A program made the position numbers and the translations under genes. Shown here piece by piece: positions 45,089 through 54,329 of a stretch of 58,042 nucleotides of DNA. Each line of letters begins with the position of its first letter. The first letter of the stretch is position 1. Source of the DNA: an uncultured Gemmatimonadales bacterium (GTDB taxonomy: Bacteria; Pseudomonadota; Gammaproteobacteria; Pseudomonadales; IMCC2047); the NCBI GenBank assembly GCA_964195105.1, contig CAXMOT010000106.1, forward strand, positions 1 through 58,042. Reading direction: 5' to 3'. The notes under the pieces are model-generated. The model searched no databases. It was not told the origin of the DNA and saw nothing but the letters and a program-made list of their open reading frames with translations.

Positions 45089-45246
45089 AAAGGGATGATG
45101 AAATACTATTACGCGTCGAACGCCTGGCTGGATCACTGCCGAGCAAATAATTGTTATGTTGGCTGCAGTAGTTTGGTTGCCGGGCAATTATTAGGTATAT
45201 TCACGAGTGCCCAAACCACCCTCTACGCCACGAGGAACCCTGACTA

Positions 45247-45948
45247 ATGACCAAGCCCGTAGAGCTTTCTTACTTTTCAGATTTATTGTGCGTGTGGGCC
45301 TATGTGTCGCAAATCAGGCTCGACGAGCTGCGACAGAATATGCGCAGCCAGGTCAGGGTGAGTTACCACTTTGTCACGCTGTTTGGCGCCACTGAGCAAC
45401 GCATTGGCGAGGGCTGGAAAGACCGTGGCGGTTTTGACGCGTTTAGCGATCACGTGCTAGAGGTTTGTGCAGGCTTCCCCCATGTCGAAATTAATCCGCA
45501 AGTCTGGAAATCATGCATCCCGAAAACCTCAGCCATCGGCCACCTTTACCTCAAGGCCGCACAGAATCTCGAGGCAGCCGGGGAACTGTCTCCAGAGCCG
45601 GTCATTGAGTTTGCCGGGCACACTATCGTCGAAGAACTGGCATGGCGGTTGCGTTGTGCGTTTTTCCGTGACGCGATTGATATTGGCCGCCTGACCAACC
45701 TCTACCCGATTGGCCAAGCGCTGGGCATTCCACAAGCGGCCATGGCGGAGCAATTTGATAGCGGAGCGGCCTTTGCGGCGCTTGAAGTGGATGCCGGGCT
45801 AAAAGAACTGCACAAACTCGAAGGCAGTCCAACCTATCTCCTGAACAACGGCCGACAGAAGCTGTACGGGAATGTCGGTTATCGCATCATCGAAGCCAAT
45901 ATAGCGGAGTTGTTGGAACGACCGGAGGATCAAGCCAGCTGGTGTTAA
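45247..45948 (+). CDS. DsbA-family (thioredoxin-fold) protein
   Basis: ELSYFSDLLCVWAY... and ...GSPTYLLNNG resemble DsbA/FrnE-like proteins. Only one Cys sits at the usual CxxC position. Confidence 0.65.
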   Translation: MTKPVELSYFSDLLCVWAYVSQIRLDELRQNMRSQVRVSYHFVTLFGATEQRIGEGWKDRGGFDAFSDHVLEVCAGFPHVEINPQVWKSCIPKTSAIGHLYLKAAQNLEAAGELSPEPVIEFAGHTIVEELAWRLRCAFFRDAIDIGRLTNLYPIGQALGIPQAAMAEQFDSGAAFAALEVDAGLKELHKLEGSPTYLLNNGRQKLYGNVGYRIIEANIAELLERPEDQASWC

Positions 45949-46085
45949 TCCTGGTGGCTCTGTTTAGCGGCGCGGACCACGCGAATCAACAAGGGGAACC
46001 GTGTCACCGACCCGTGCTTGCATAGTTCTGCCGACAGGTGTAATTTTAAAACCATACGTTTAGAAAATCCGGTAGGTGCGACGCA

Positions 46086-47477
46086 ATGTTCACCAGATTT
46101 ATTACTAGACTGTGTGTGTTTGTTTCCTTCCTTTTTGTGTCGGTATGGATCAATGCTGCCGACCTGCAAATCAGTAATGTCCAGGTAATAACCATTAGCG
46201 GTGCGATCGGCCCCGCCACCAGCGACTATTTCCAGCGAGCAGTAAAGCAGGCCGGTGCGCCGGAAGTCGATCTTATCGTGCTGCAGATGGATACCCCGGG
46301 CGGTCTCGACAAATCAATGCGCACCATGATCCAGGCGATACTTGGCGCCCCGGTTCCGGTGGTCGTTTATGTCTTCCCGCAGGGCGCTAGAGCCGCTAGT
46401 GCAGGCACTTATCTGCTCTATGCTTCCCATGTTGCGGCGATGGCGCCGGCTACCAACCTCGGTGCGGCCACACCGGTTCAAATAGGCGCGCCCGGTCTGC
46501 CGGGTATGGACAAGCCCCCGCAAAAAGACGACCCCGACGAGCAACAGGACACGCAGCCAGATACGCAGCCCAACGATGGCAAAACATCGATGGAGCGCAA
46601 AATCATTAATGATGCGGTGGCCTATATTCGTGGCCTGGCCGAAGAACGTGGCCGCAATCAGGAATGGGCTGAACTGGCGGTGAGGACGGCGGCCAGCCTG
46701 CCTGCCAATGAGGCACTGGAGAAAAACGTTATCGACCTGGTGGCCGTCGATTTTGATGACCTGTTCCGGCAACTCGAGGGGCGCAGCGTTAGACTGCAGA
46801 ATAAAGACTATACCCTGGTCATCGGGACGATTGTGCTGGATTACCTCGAGCCCGATTGGCGCAACCAGTTCCTGACCGTCATAACGGACCCCAATGTCGC
46901 CTACATCCTGATGCTGATCGGTATTTATGGCCTGGTACTGGAATTCTATAACCCGGGCATGGGCGTTGCAGGTGTGGTCGGGGCCATCTGCCTGTTTCTG
47001 GCGCTGTACGCATTTCAGGTTTTACCCGTCAGCTACACCGGGATAGCGCTTATTTTGCTCGGGATCGGTTTGATGGTGGCCGAAGCGTTTGCCCCCAGCT
47101 TCGGTATTCTCGGCATTGGCGGCGTAGTGGCGTTTGTGTTTGGTTCGGTGGTGCTGATGGATACCGAACTACCCGGATACCGGATTGCGATGCCCCTGAT
47201 AGCGGGCTTGGCGGCGCTCTCTGTGCTGATCCTGATAGTCGTTGCCAGGCTGATCCTGCGCTCGAGACAGACCAAAACGGTCAGCGGCTATGATGCGATG
47301 ATCGGCGAACAGGTCAGTGTCCTGGCGTTCGCGGATGGGCGAGGCAAAGTGATGTTACACGGCGAATTATGGAACGCCCGTTCTGAACAACCCATGAAAG
47401 AGGGCGATGAGGCGACCATCACGGGAATAGATGGACTGGAGCTGGAAGTAGAAGTGGAAGACAAACTGAAGGAGTAG
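46086..47477 (+). CDS. NfeD family membrane-bound serine protease
   Basis: ClpP-like N-terminal domain (VLQMDTPGG...ARAASAGTYLL), a TM block and a C-terminal OB (NfeD) domain. It is followed by an SPFH gene. Confidence 0.88.
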   Translation: MFTRFITRLCVFVSFLFVSVWINAADLQISNVQVITISGAIGPATSDYFQRAVKQAGAPEVDLIVLQMDTPGGLDKSMRTMIQAILGAPVPVVVYVFPQGARAASAGTYLLYASHVAAMAPATNLGAATPVQIGAPGLPGMDKPPQKDDPDEQQDTQPDTQPNDGKTSMERKIINDAVAYIRGLAEERGRNQEWAELAVRTAASLPANEALEKNVIDLVAVDFDDLFRQLEGRSVRLQNKDYTLVIGTIVLDYLEPDWRNQFLTVITDPNVAYILMLIGIYGLVLEFYNPGMGVAGVVGAICLFLALYAFQVLPVSYTGIALILLGIGLMVAEAFAPSFGILGIGGVVAFVFGSVVLMDTELPGYRIAMPLIAGLAALSVLILIVVARLILRSRQTKTVSGYDAMIGEQVSVLAFADGRGKVMLHGELWNARSEQPMKEGDEATITGIDGLELEVEVEDKLKE

Positions 47478-47480
47478 GGT

Positions 47481-48230
47481 ATGAATTACTTTTTGCTGGT
47501 ACTGATACTGGGTGGTGCTCTCATCATCATCAACACCTTTCGCATCATGCGCGAATACGAGCGTGCGGTGGTGTTTTTGCTAGGTCGATTCTACAAGATC
47601 AAGGGGCCCGGTTTGATCATCATCATCCCGGTCGTGCAACAGATGGTGAGGGTTGACCTGCGCACGGTGGTGATGGATGTGCCCACCCAGGATGTAATCT
47701 CCAGGGATAATGTCTCGGTGAAGGTGAATGCGGTGATTTACTATCGAGTTATTGACGCGCAGAAAGCGATCATCAACGTCGAGAACTTTGAAGATGCAAC
47801 CAGCCAACTCGCCCAGACTACTCTCAGGTCGGTGCTCGGCCAGCATGAGTTGGATGAGATGCTGGCCTCACGAGAGCAACTCAATGAGGATATCCAGTCC
47901 ATCCTCGATCAGCAAACCGATATCTGGGGAATCAAGGTTTCCAACGTCGAGATCAAGCACGTGGACCTGGATGAAAGCATGATCCGCGCCATCGCCAAAC
48001 AGGCCGAGGCGGAACGCGAACGACGCGCCAAGGTGATTCATGCCAGTGGCGAACTGGAGGCCTCTGCGCACTTGTTGGAGGCCGCGCAAACCCTGGCGGT
48101 GCAAGAGGAAGCGATGCAGCTGCGCTATTTGCAAACCCTCACCGAAATTGCCGGGGACAGGAGCAACACCATCGTGTTTCCCGTCCCCATCGAACTGTTC
48201 AAGAAGATCCTCGATAAGCGCGATGATTAG
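47481..48230 (+). CDS. SPFH/band-7 (stomatin-like) protein
   Basis: EYERAVVFLLGRF...GPGLIIIIP...TQDVISRDNVSVKVNAVIYYRV. Classic NfeD-SPFH operon partner. Confidence 0.93.
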   Translation: MNYFLLVLILGGALIIINTFRIMREYERAVVFLLGRFYKIKGPGLIIIIPVVQQMVRVDLRTVVMDVPTQDVISRDNVSVKVNAVIYYRVIDAQKAIINVENFEDATSQLAQTTLRSVLGQHELDEMLASREQLNEDIQSILDQQTDIWGIKVSNVEIKHVDLDESMIRAIAKQAEAERERRAKVIHASGELEASAHLLEAAQTLAVQEEAMQLRYLQTLTEIAGDRSNTIVFPVPIELFKKILDKRDD

Positions 48231-48368
48231 CGTTCTAACCAGTTACTGTCGGCGCGCCTTGCCGGCTGGCATCCGGGTTCTGATAGTGCAATAATGCGCT
48301 CGAAAAATCAGCACTCTGTGGCGACACATGTCAATTATTAACCATATAAAACAATAAGATAAATAGTA

Positions 48369-48824
48369 ATGCTAAAAATAATATTAACCATAGTCCTGCT
48401 GGTTATCCTGGCAGTCGCCTCGTTGTTTTTCTATAAGGCGCAGAAATCAAAGTCCGGCACAGCGCCCGGACTTGCATCCAACCAGCTGGCGCAATGCCCC
48501 ACCAGCCCGAACTGCAGCTGCAGTGAGTACAGCGAGGATTCATCTCATTATGCCGAGCCCATCAACTTTTCGGGTAAACCTGCCGAGGACAGCTTTGCAG
48601 CGGTGAAGACAGCAATCGAATCGCTTGGCGGCAAGGTTGTCGTGGCAGAAAGCCATTACCTGGCAGCGTCCTTTGAATCCGGTTTTTTCGGGTTTGTGGA
48701 TGACTTCGAAGCGCGACTGGATGAACAGGCGCAGTTGATTCATGTGCGCTCCGCATCACGGGTTGGTCATAGCGACCTGGGAGCCAACCTGAAACGTGTG
48801 AATGCGGTTAAGAACGCGCTCTAG
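48369..48824 (+). CDS. DUF1499 domain-containing protein
   Basis: N-terminal TM segment, then CPTSPNCSCSEY...FVDDFEARL...IHVRSASRVGHSDLGANLKRV. Confidence 0.8.
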   Translation: MLKIILTIVLLVILAVASLFFYKAQKSKSGTAPGLASNQLAQCPTSPNCSCSEYSEDSSHYAEPINFSGKPAEDSFAAVKTAIESLGGKVVVAESHYLAASFESGFFGFVDDFEARLDEQAQLIHVRSASRVGHSDLGANLKRVNAVKNAL

Positions 48825-50233
48825 CCTGAGCGCGGTTCGCTCTTGCCGCGAGCGAGTGAACATGCCGCACCGATAACTGAAAACAGCAGCGAGCAGACCA
48901 ACGAGACCTTAATTACCGAGAGCAAGGCCGGGTATTGCTCTACCCCGATCTGCTCGGCGCCAATATACAACGCCATCAACAGCAGCAATACCGCAGTGCC
49001 CAGCATATTGCCGAGAACGCGCGACAAACTCACCAATGACGATGCGATGCCGAGGCGCTCTTCGGCCACGGCGCCCATTGCCGCGGTATTGTTGGGTGTC
49101 GAAAACAGGCCGTGACCGATGCCGAGTACCACCAGGGCTATACCCACCATAAATATAGGCGTGTCAAAGGATAACCACTGCAAGAAGCCGAAGCCGATAG
49201 TGACCAGCATACATCCGATGGAGGCTATGACCCGGGGCTGGTAGAGATCAGATAAGCGGCCCGCAATCGGGGCGACTATTGCCATAGTGAGTGCTTGGAG
49301 CAGCATCAGCTTGCCCGCATCAATCGCCGACATTCCGCGTACAAACTGCAAGTAAAGGCTCAACAGGAAAATCAGCGGGTAATTGGCGCCGTACATCAGG
49401 ATGCTGGCTAGCAAGGAACGTGAGAACACCTTATTGCCCACGACGGCAGACAACCGCACCAGCGGGTACTCTGTGACTTCCTGTTGCTTGATGAACAATC
49501 CCAGGAACACAAACGACACCACTAAGGTCACGATTGCACCGGGCGAGGGTAGGCCGGAGATACCCAGGAACAGGGTGATCGACCAGACTGCGAAGAGCAG
49601 GGTGCCAACCCAGTCGACTTTGTGGTTCGTGGCGCCACGCCATTCGCCCTTGAGTTTGACCATCATTACCACAATGCCCAGTAGCGACAATGGCACTGGA
49701 AAGAAAAACACGCTGCGCCAGCCGAAGGTTTCGGTTAACAAACCACCGATAGCCGGGCCGGCTGTCAGGCCGAGGTATACCGCTGCCAGGGTAACTCCCA
49801 TAGCGCCGCCGCGTTGCCCACTTTCAAACACCGATGTGACGATGGCCAGCGTGCAGCCAAAAATCATCGATGCGGCAATGCCCTGAAATACCCGGGCGAC
49901 CAATAGCGATTCAATGTTGGGAGCGAGGCCGGAGAGGACAGAAAAGATCGCAAACAATATGCTGCCGGCGAGGTACATGCGCTTGCGACCCCAGATGTCG
50001 GCCAGTCGTCCCACCGGCAGCAAGCTGATGACGTTGCTCAATAGAAACGCGGTAGGCACCCAGCTCACCAGAATCGCGTCCGCCTGCAGATCGTTCGCCA
50101 GCGCAGGCGTCGCGATGTGCACGGACGACAAGGATAACGGCGTCAGGAATGAACCGATACAGACCACCAACAGTGCTGCCCATCGTGCGGCGCTGCTGTT
50201 GCGATAGTATTCCCGGGTTTGTTCCTGGTTCAA
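48821..50233 (-). CDS. MFS transporter, DHA2 (14-TM, EmrB-like) family
   Basis: 470 aa with about 14 hydrophobic segments and GRLADIWGRKRMYL (motif A). TTG start. Confidence 0.85.
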   Translation of the reverse strand: MNQEQTREYYRNSSAARWAALLVVCIGSFLTPLSLSSVHIATPALANDLQADAILVSWVPTAFLLSNVISLLPVGRLADIWGRKRMYLAGSILFAIFSVLSGLAPNIESLLVARVFQGIAASMIFGCTLAIVTSVFESGQRGGAMGVTLAAVYLGLTAGPAIGGLLTETFGWRSVFFFPVPLSLLGIVVMMVKLKGEWRGATNHKVDWVGTLLFAVWSITLFLGISGLPSPGAIVTLVVSFVFLGLFIKQQEVTEYPLVRLSAVVGNKVFSRSLLASILMYGANYPLIFLLSLYLQFVRGMSAIDAGKLMLLQALTMAIVAPIAGRLSDLYQPRVIASIGCMLVTIGFGFLQWLSFDTPIFMVGIALVVLGIGHGLFSTPNNTAAMGAVAEERLGIASSLVSLSRVLGNMLGTAVLLLLMALYIGAEQIGVEQYPALLSVIKVSLVCSLLFSVIGAACSLARGKSEPRSG

Positions 50234-50260
50234 GGGCTGGGCCTGTTGGTAATTTAGGGG

Positions 50261-50439
50261 CTAGGAGACTGTCGGACTTAGGGTTAATCTACTGCGGAAA
50301 AGCCGCTCACGTAATAGAGGGGGTCAGATTTACCGATTATTCTCGTTAAATAGCGGGCTATTCGCCTCAAATAATCGAAAAATCCGCTTCAAATCGATCT
50401 TTCCCTCGCTACGATCACCTAAGTCCGACAGCCTCCCAG
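50261..50439. mobile_element. MITE-like 179-bp palindromic repeat, copy 2 (inverted relative to copy 1)
   Basis: Reverse complement aligns end to end with 10793-10971. It lies 28 nt upstream of the DHA2 MFS start codon and 62 nt downstream of the CoA-transferase stop. Confidence 0.8.
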
Positions 50440-50501
50440 GACCTAGTGTAAAGCCAATCACTCCTGGGAGATAGGCAGAATCGCCGGCCTTGGCGGGCGA
50501 T

Positions 50502-52457
50502 TCAATCGAAGCTATTCAAATGCTTGCGCGCTTCCTGCTCGGTCTCAAAAATGTGCGGTGCAAGGTGGCGTGCTTCGAGGGCGTCCTCCAGTTTCAATCG
50601 CATGAATGAGCTGGTGGTGTAGCGGGTTACGTCGTGGTAGTGGTTGTTCACGATCGTTTCCACCATTTCTATGTAGGCATCCAGCACAGCCGGGGCAATT
50701 TCAAAATTATCGTAGTTCACCACCGCATTGACCTTGTTGCCGATAGGCCCCAGGCGGGCTTCCAGCGCCAGGCGAATTTCTTCAACATCCTCAACCGTAT
50801 TCACCGAGTAACCCTCCAGGTTGAGGAAAAACTGGTTGGTCTCGGGGTTGTGACTGAGACGCTTGTCCAGCGGCAGGTAGAGTAGCTCGTCCTTAACCTG
50901 CATCGGCTGGTCGAGGAAAATACGTTCATCCATCAGAGTCGGCGGGGTATTGATTATGGGCTCGAACTGCATCAGGGCCAGGATATCGATTTCAAGGTCA
51001 ACACCCTGCGCGATTTCGAGCAGCTCCAGGCCGGCGTCAGTTAGCTGGAACACACAGCGCTCGGTGACATAAAGTATTTTCTGGGCGCTCTTGGCAGCGT
51101 AGGATCCCGAGAACGTGCGCTGTTCGACTGCCCGCACGAACTTGCTCACGGGGCCATTTTTATTGATCTGCAGTCGACCGTTACTGACCTGGATATCACT
51201 GCCGGCGGTAAAGGTGCCCATAAACACCACGCGCCTGGCGTTCTGGCTGATATTGATGAAGCCACCCGACCCGGCAAGCTTGTCGCCAAACCTGGAGACG
51301 TTGACGTTGCCCTGGGCATCAACCTGCGCCATGCCCAAAAATGCGATATCGAGCCCGCCGCCGTCATAGAAATCAAACTGGGAAGGTTGGCTGATCACTG
51401 CCTGGCTGTTGATGCCGGCGCCAAAACTCAGGCCACTGGCCGGTAAGCCGCCGATGACCCCTGCTTCAGCGGTGAGGGTAAGGTACTCGAGGATCCGTTC
51501 TTCATTGGCAACGTTGGCAAGGCCTTCGGGCATGCCGATGCCCAGGTTGACGACGCTATTGGCGTGGAGTTCGAGTGCGCCGCGCCGCGCTATGACCTTG
51601 CGCTCGTCCAGCACAAGCGGGGCTACCGAATGCATCGGCACTCGCAGTTCGCCGCTGTAGGCCGGATTATACCGCTCGGAAAAGGTCTGCCAGTGGTGTT
51701 CCGGATCAGCGACGACGACACAGTCGACCATCACACCCGGCACCACGACGTCTTTCGCGTTCAGCGTGCCGGATTGTGCGACGCGCTCGACCTGCACAAT
51801 CACGATCCCGCCGCTGTTATGCACCGCAGTCGCGATGGCAAGACTATCCAGGAACAGGGCTTCGCGTTCAAAGGTGACGTTGCCATTGGCATCTGCCGTC
51901 GTACCGCGCAGCAGCGCCACATTGATCGGGAATGCCTTGTAGAACAGGTAATCGTTGCCGTCTATCGGCATTAATGCCACAAGGTCCTCATGGGTCTTGG
52001 CGTTTATCTTGCCACCGTCAAAGCGGGGGTCGACAAAGGTCCCGAGTCCAACCCGGGTTAGCGTACCCGGCTTACCGGCTGCGATATCGCGATACAGGTG
52101 TGATATGCAACCCTGGGGCAGGTTGTAGGCTTCGATATGATTGCCGAGGGCGAGTTGTTGCAGGCGCGGCGCCAGTCCCCAATGGCCGCCGACAACCCGT
52201 TTTAGCATACCGGCGTGGCCGAAATGATCGACGCCCTTGCCACGACCATCGCCTTGCCCGGCCGCATAGACGAGCGTCAGGTCACGGGGTTTAGCGGTAT
52301 CCAGGAAGCGCGTTTCCAGCGCAATCGCTAAACCCTCAGCGAAGCCAATGCCAACAAAACCGCCGGTGGCGATGGTGTCGCCCGACCGAATCAGCTTAAC
52401 CGCTTCGGCGGCGGTTACGACCTTGTTGCGAGTGGGAGATGCAGAGTGCCTATCCAT
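50502..52457 (-). CDS. acyl-CoA:acetate/3-ketoacid CoA-transferase family protein (YdiF/Pct-like) with a C-terminal extension
   Basis: [31 protein letters not shown]... and a fused alpha/beta CoA-transferase body, plus about 120 extra C-terminal residues. Confidence 0.8.
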   Translation of the reverse strand: MDRHSASPTRNKVVTAAEAVKLIRSGDTIATGGFVGIGFAEGLAIALETRFLDTAKPRDLTLVYAAGQGDGRGKGVDHFGHAGMLKRVVGGHWGLAPRLQQLALGNHIEAYNLPQGCISHLYRDIAAGKPGTLTRVGLGTFVDPRFDGGKINAKTHEDLVALMPIDGNDYLFYKAFPINVALLRGTTADANGNVTFEREALFLDSLAIATAVHNSGGIVIVQVERVAQSGTLNAKDVVVPGVMVDCVVVADPEHHWQTFSERYNPAYSGELRVPMHSVAPLVLDERKVIARRGALELHANSVVNLGIGMPEGLANVANEERILEYLTLTAEAGVIGGLPASGLSFGAGINSQAVISQPSQFDFYDGGGLDIAFLGMAQVDAQGNVNVSRFGDKLAGSGGFINISQNARRVVFMGTFTAGSDIQVSNGRLQINKNGPVSKFVRAVEQRTFSGSYAAKSAQKILYVTERCVFQLTDAGLELLEIAQGVDLEIDILALMQFEPIINTPPTLMDERIFLDQPMQVKDELLYLPLDKRLSHNPETNQFFLNLEGYSVNTVEDVEEIRLALEARLGPIGNKVNAVVNYDNFEIAPAVLDAYIEMVETIVNNHYHDVTRYTTSSFMRLKLEDALEARHLAPHIFETEQEARKHLNSFD

Positions 52458-52589
52458 TTCACTTCTCCATTACACATCTATTTGGAACATCCAGATTGCA
52501 CAGAAGCCTGCGCCTGGCCGGCTAGCCTGTTGAGTCTGGTGATTACGTTCTAACAGCAATGACCAGGACAGCATAACTTGGCCGGTGCA

Positions 52590-54137
52590 TCAGGGCTGTG
52601 CAGCAACCACCCGGGTGCGATAGCTGGCTGCGGCTTCCTTACTGTCGAAAGGCCCCAGCTTCGTCTTGATGCTCACCTGCTTTCCGGCTTCGAGGGACCC
52701 CGGCGCGCCGAGGGTTTGAGTGGCGCGAACCACATTGCCGGCGGTCAGTTCGACAAGCTCAACCTTTACGTTGTTAACGGTGATGCCGGCATTATTCTTG
52801 ACTGCGACCTGCAGGTAGCCGTCATTGCCGACATAGGCCTGGCTGGCGATATATTTGTGCGGCGCCGTACCCAGCTCCATCACTGCGACCTTTGCCTGCG
52901 CTGCTTCAGCAACTTTACCGCCACCCTGCATTGCCTGCTGGTAGTACTGCAACGCGTCCTGCTTGTTGTCGGCCTGCGCCGCCAGCTCACCCAGCAGGAA
53001 ACTACCCGTCTGGGTAGGTAATAAGGCCTGACTGCGCTCAAGATCCGCTTTCGCATCCAGTTTGCTGCCTTGCTCATAGCGCAGCATGCCGCGTGCGAGA
53101 TAATGGCTGAACAGCTCGGGATTCTTGGTAATTGCGGTGGAATAGGCCTTGTCGGCGTTTGCATAGTTCTCGAGCAATTTCCATGCGTGCCCACGCAACT
53201 CCCACGAGTAACCTTCGGCTGGCTGCAGTTTAACCGCCACATCGAGTGCCGCGAGGGCGGTTTTCGGATCCTTGCCATTGATAGCCTTCATCGCTGCTTC
53301 CTGTGCCTCATAGGCTGGCATATCGCGTTTTATTTGGGCGATCTTGCGCTGGTAAACATCGCGATTAACAGTGCCGCGGGGCAGGGTTTTAGCCTTTTCG
53401 CGGTTCGCATTTACCCGTTCCTGTGATGGCGGGTGACTGGCAAACAGGCCGCTGATGAAGTCAGTCTGGCGATTTTCATTGAGCTTTACGAAAGTCTGCT
53501 GGAGTTTGACGGCGCCCTGCGGGTCATACCCGGCCCGTACCATATAGTCCATGCCATAGGCATCCGATTCCAGTTCCGCAGAGCGCCCATAACGAGCCGT
53601 CCAGGCGGCGGAACCCACTTGTATACCCATGTTGGCGATCGCGCCGTACTCACTCTGGCTGGCGACAGCTCCCAGGATCTGTCCGCCTGCGCTGAGCAGG
53701 GTGCCGCGGGTCATCTGCTGGGCGCTATGGCGCGCCGCCGCATGGACGATTTCGTGGCCAAGCACGGCCGCTAATTCTGACTCGTCCTGCAGGTGTATCA
53801 ACAAACCCCGGTTTACGGCGATCTTGCCACCGGGCAATGCCCAGGCATTGGGGACCGAGTTATTCAGCACCACGAATTCATACGGCAGCTTCGGACGATC
53901 GCTGACGGCCGCGAGCTTGTTACCCACCTGCGCAACATAAAACTGCAAATCCGGATCGATATAGTAGCGGCCGCCCTGGGCCTGCTGGGAAGGCTGGTAG
54001 TTTTGCTGACCTATCGCAACTTCCTGGCTTGCCGAGACGAGGGAGAACTCTTTCTCACCGGTGACGGGATTGACGCTGCAGCTCGCGACAAACAGGCAAA
54101 CAATAACGAAGCATGTGATTCGGGCTTTGATGTGCAC
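52590..54137 (-). CDS. M48 family metalloprotease with TPR region (BepA/YfgC-like lipoprotein)
   Basis: Lipobox VASCS, HEIVHAAARH (HExxH), TPR-like repeats and an extra C-terminal beta-rich domain. Confidence 0.85.
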   Translation of the reverse strand: MHIKARITCFVIVCLFVASCSVNPVTGEKEFSLVSASQEVAIGQQNYQPSQQAQGGRYYIDPDLQFYVAQVGNKLAAVSDRPKLPYEFVVLNNSVPNAWALPGGKIAVNRGLLIHLQDESELAAVLGHEIVHAAARHSAQQMTRGTLLSAGGQILGAVASQSEYGAIANMGIQVGSAAWTARYGRSAELESDAYGMDYMVRAGYDPQGAVKLQQTFVKLNENRQTDFISGLFASHPPSQERVNANREKAKTLPRGTVNRDVYQRKIAQIKRDMPAYEAQEAAMKAINGKDPKTALAALDVAVKLQPAEGYSWELRGHAWKLLENYANADKAYSTAITKNPELFSHYLARGMLRYEQGSKLDAKADLERSQALLPTQTGSFLLGELAAQADNKQDALQYYQQAMQGGGKVAEAAQAKVAVMELGTAPHKYIASQAYVGNDGYLQVAVKNNAGITVNNVKVELVELTAGNVVRATQTLGAPGSLEAGKQVSIKTKLGPFDSKEAAASYRTRVVAAQP

Positions 54138-54329
54138 GCTATTGTGCTCCTTGAGGTGGTTAGTCGCGGTTAGGATAACGGATTGCCGTTAGGACGAATC
54201 ATCGAAATCGATTGAGATAACGCCGTTATCATAGCGGCTTGCCGCGCGAATTTAAATCTGATTTACGCTGGCATTTAGCGTTACGTCGCCAATATTAGAG
54301 CGGTGAGGTAAGCAAGGGCCAGGGCGCCT

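Noticed and set aside
44672-45187. 171-aa minus-strand ORF
   Set aside because: It runs through a strong minus-strand terminator and antisense to the TfoX_N gene, so it is not credible as a gene.
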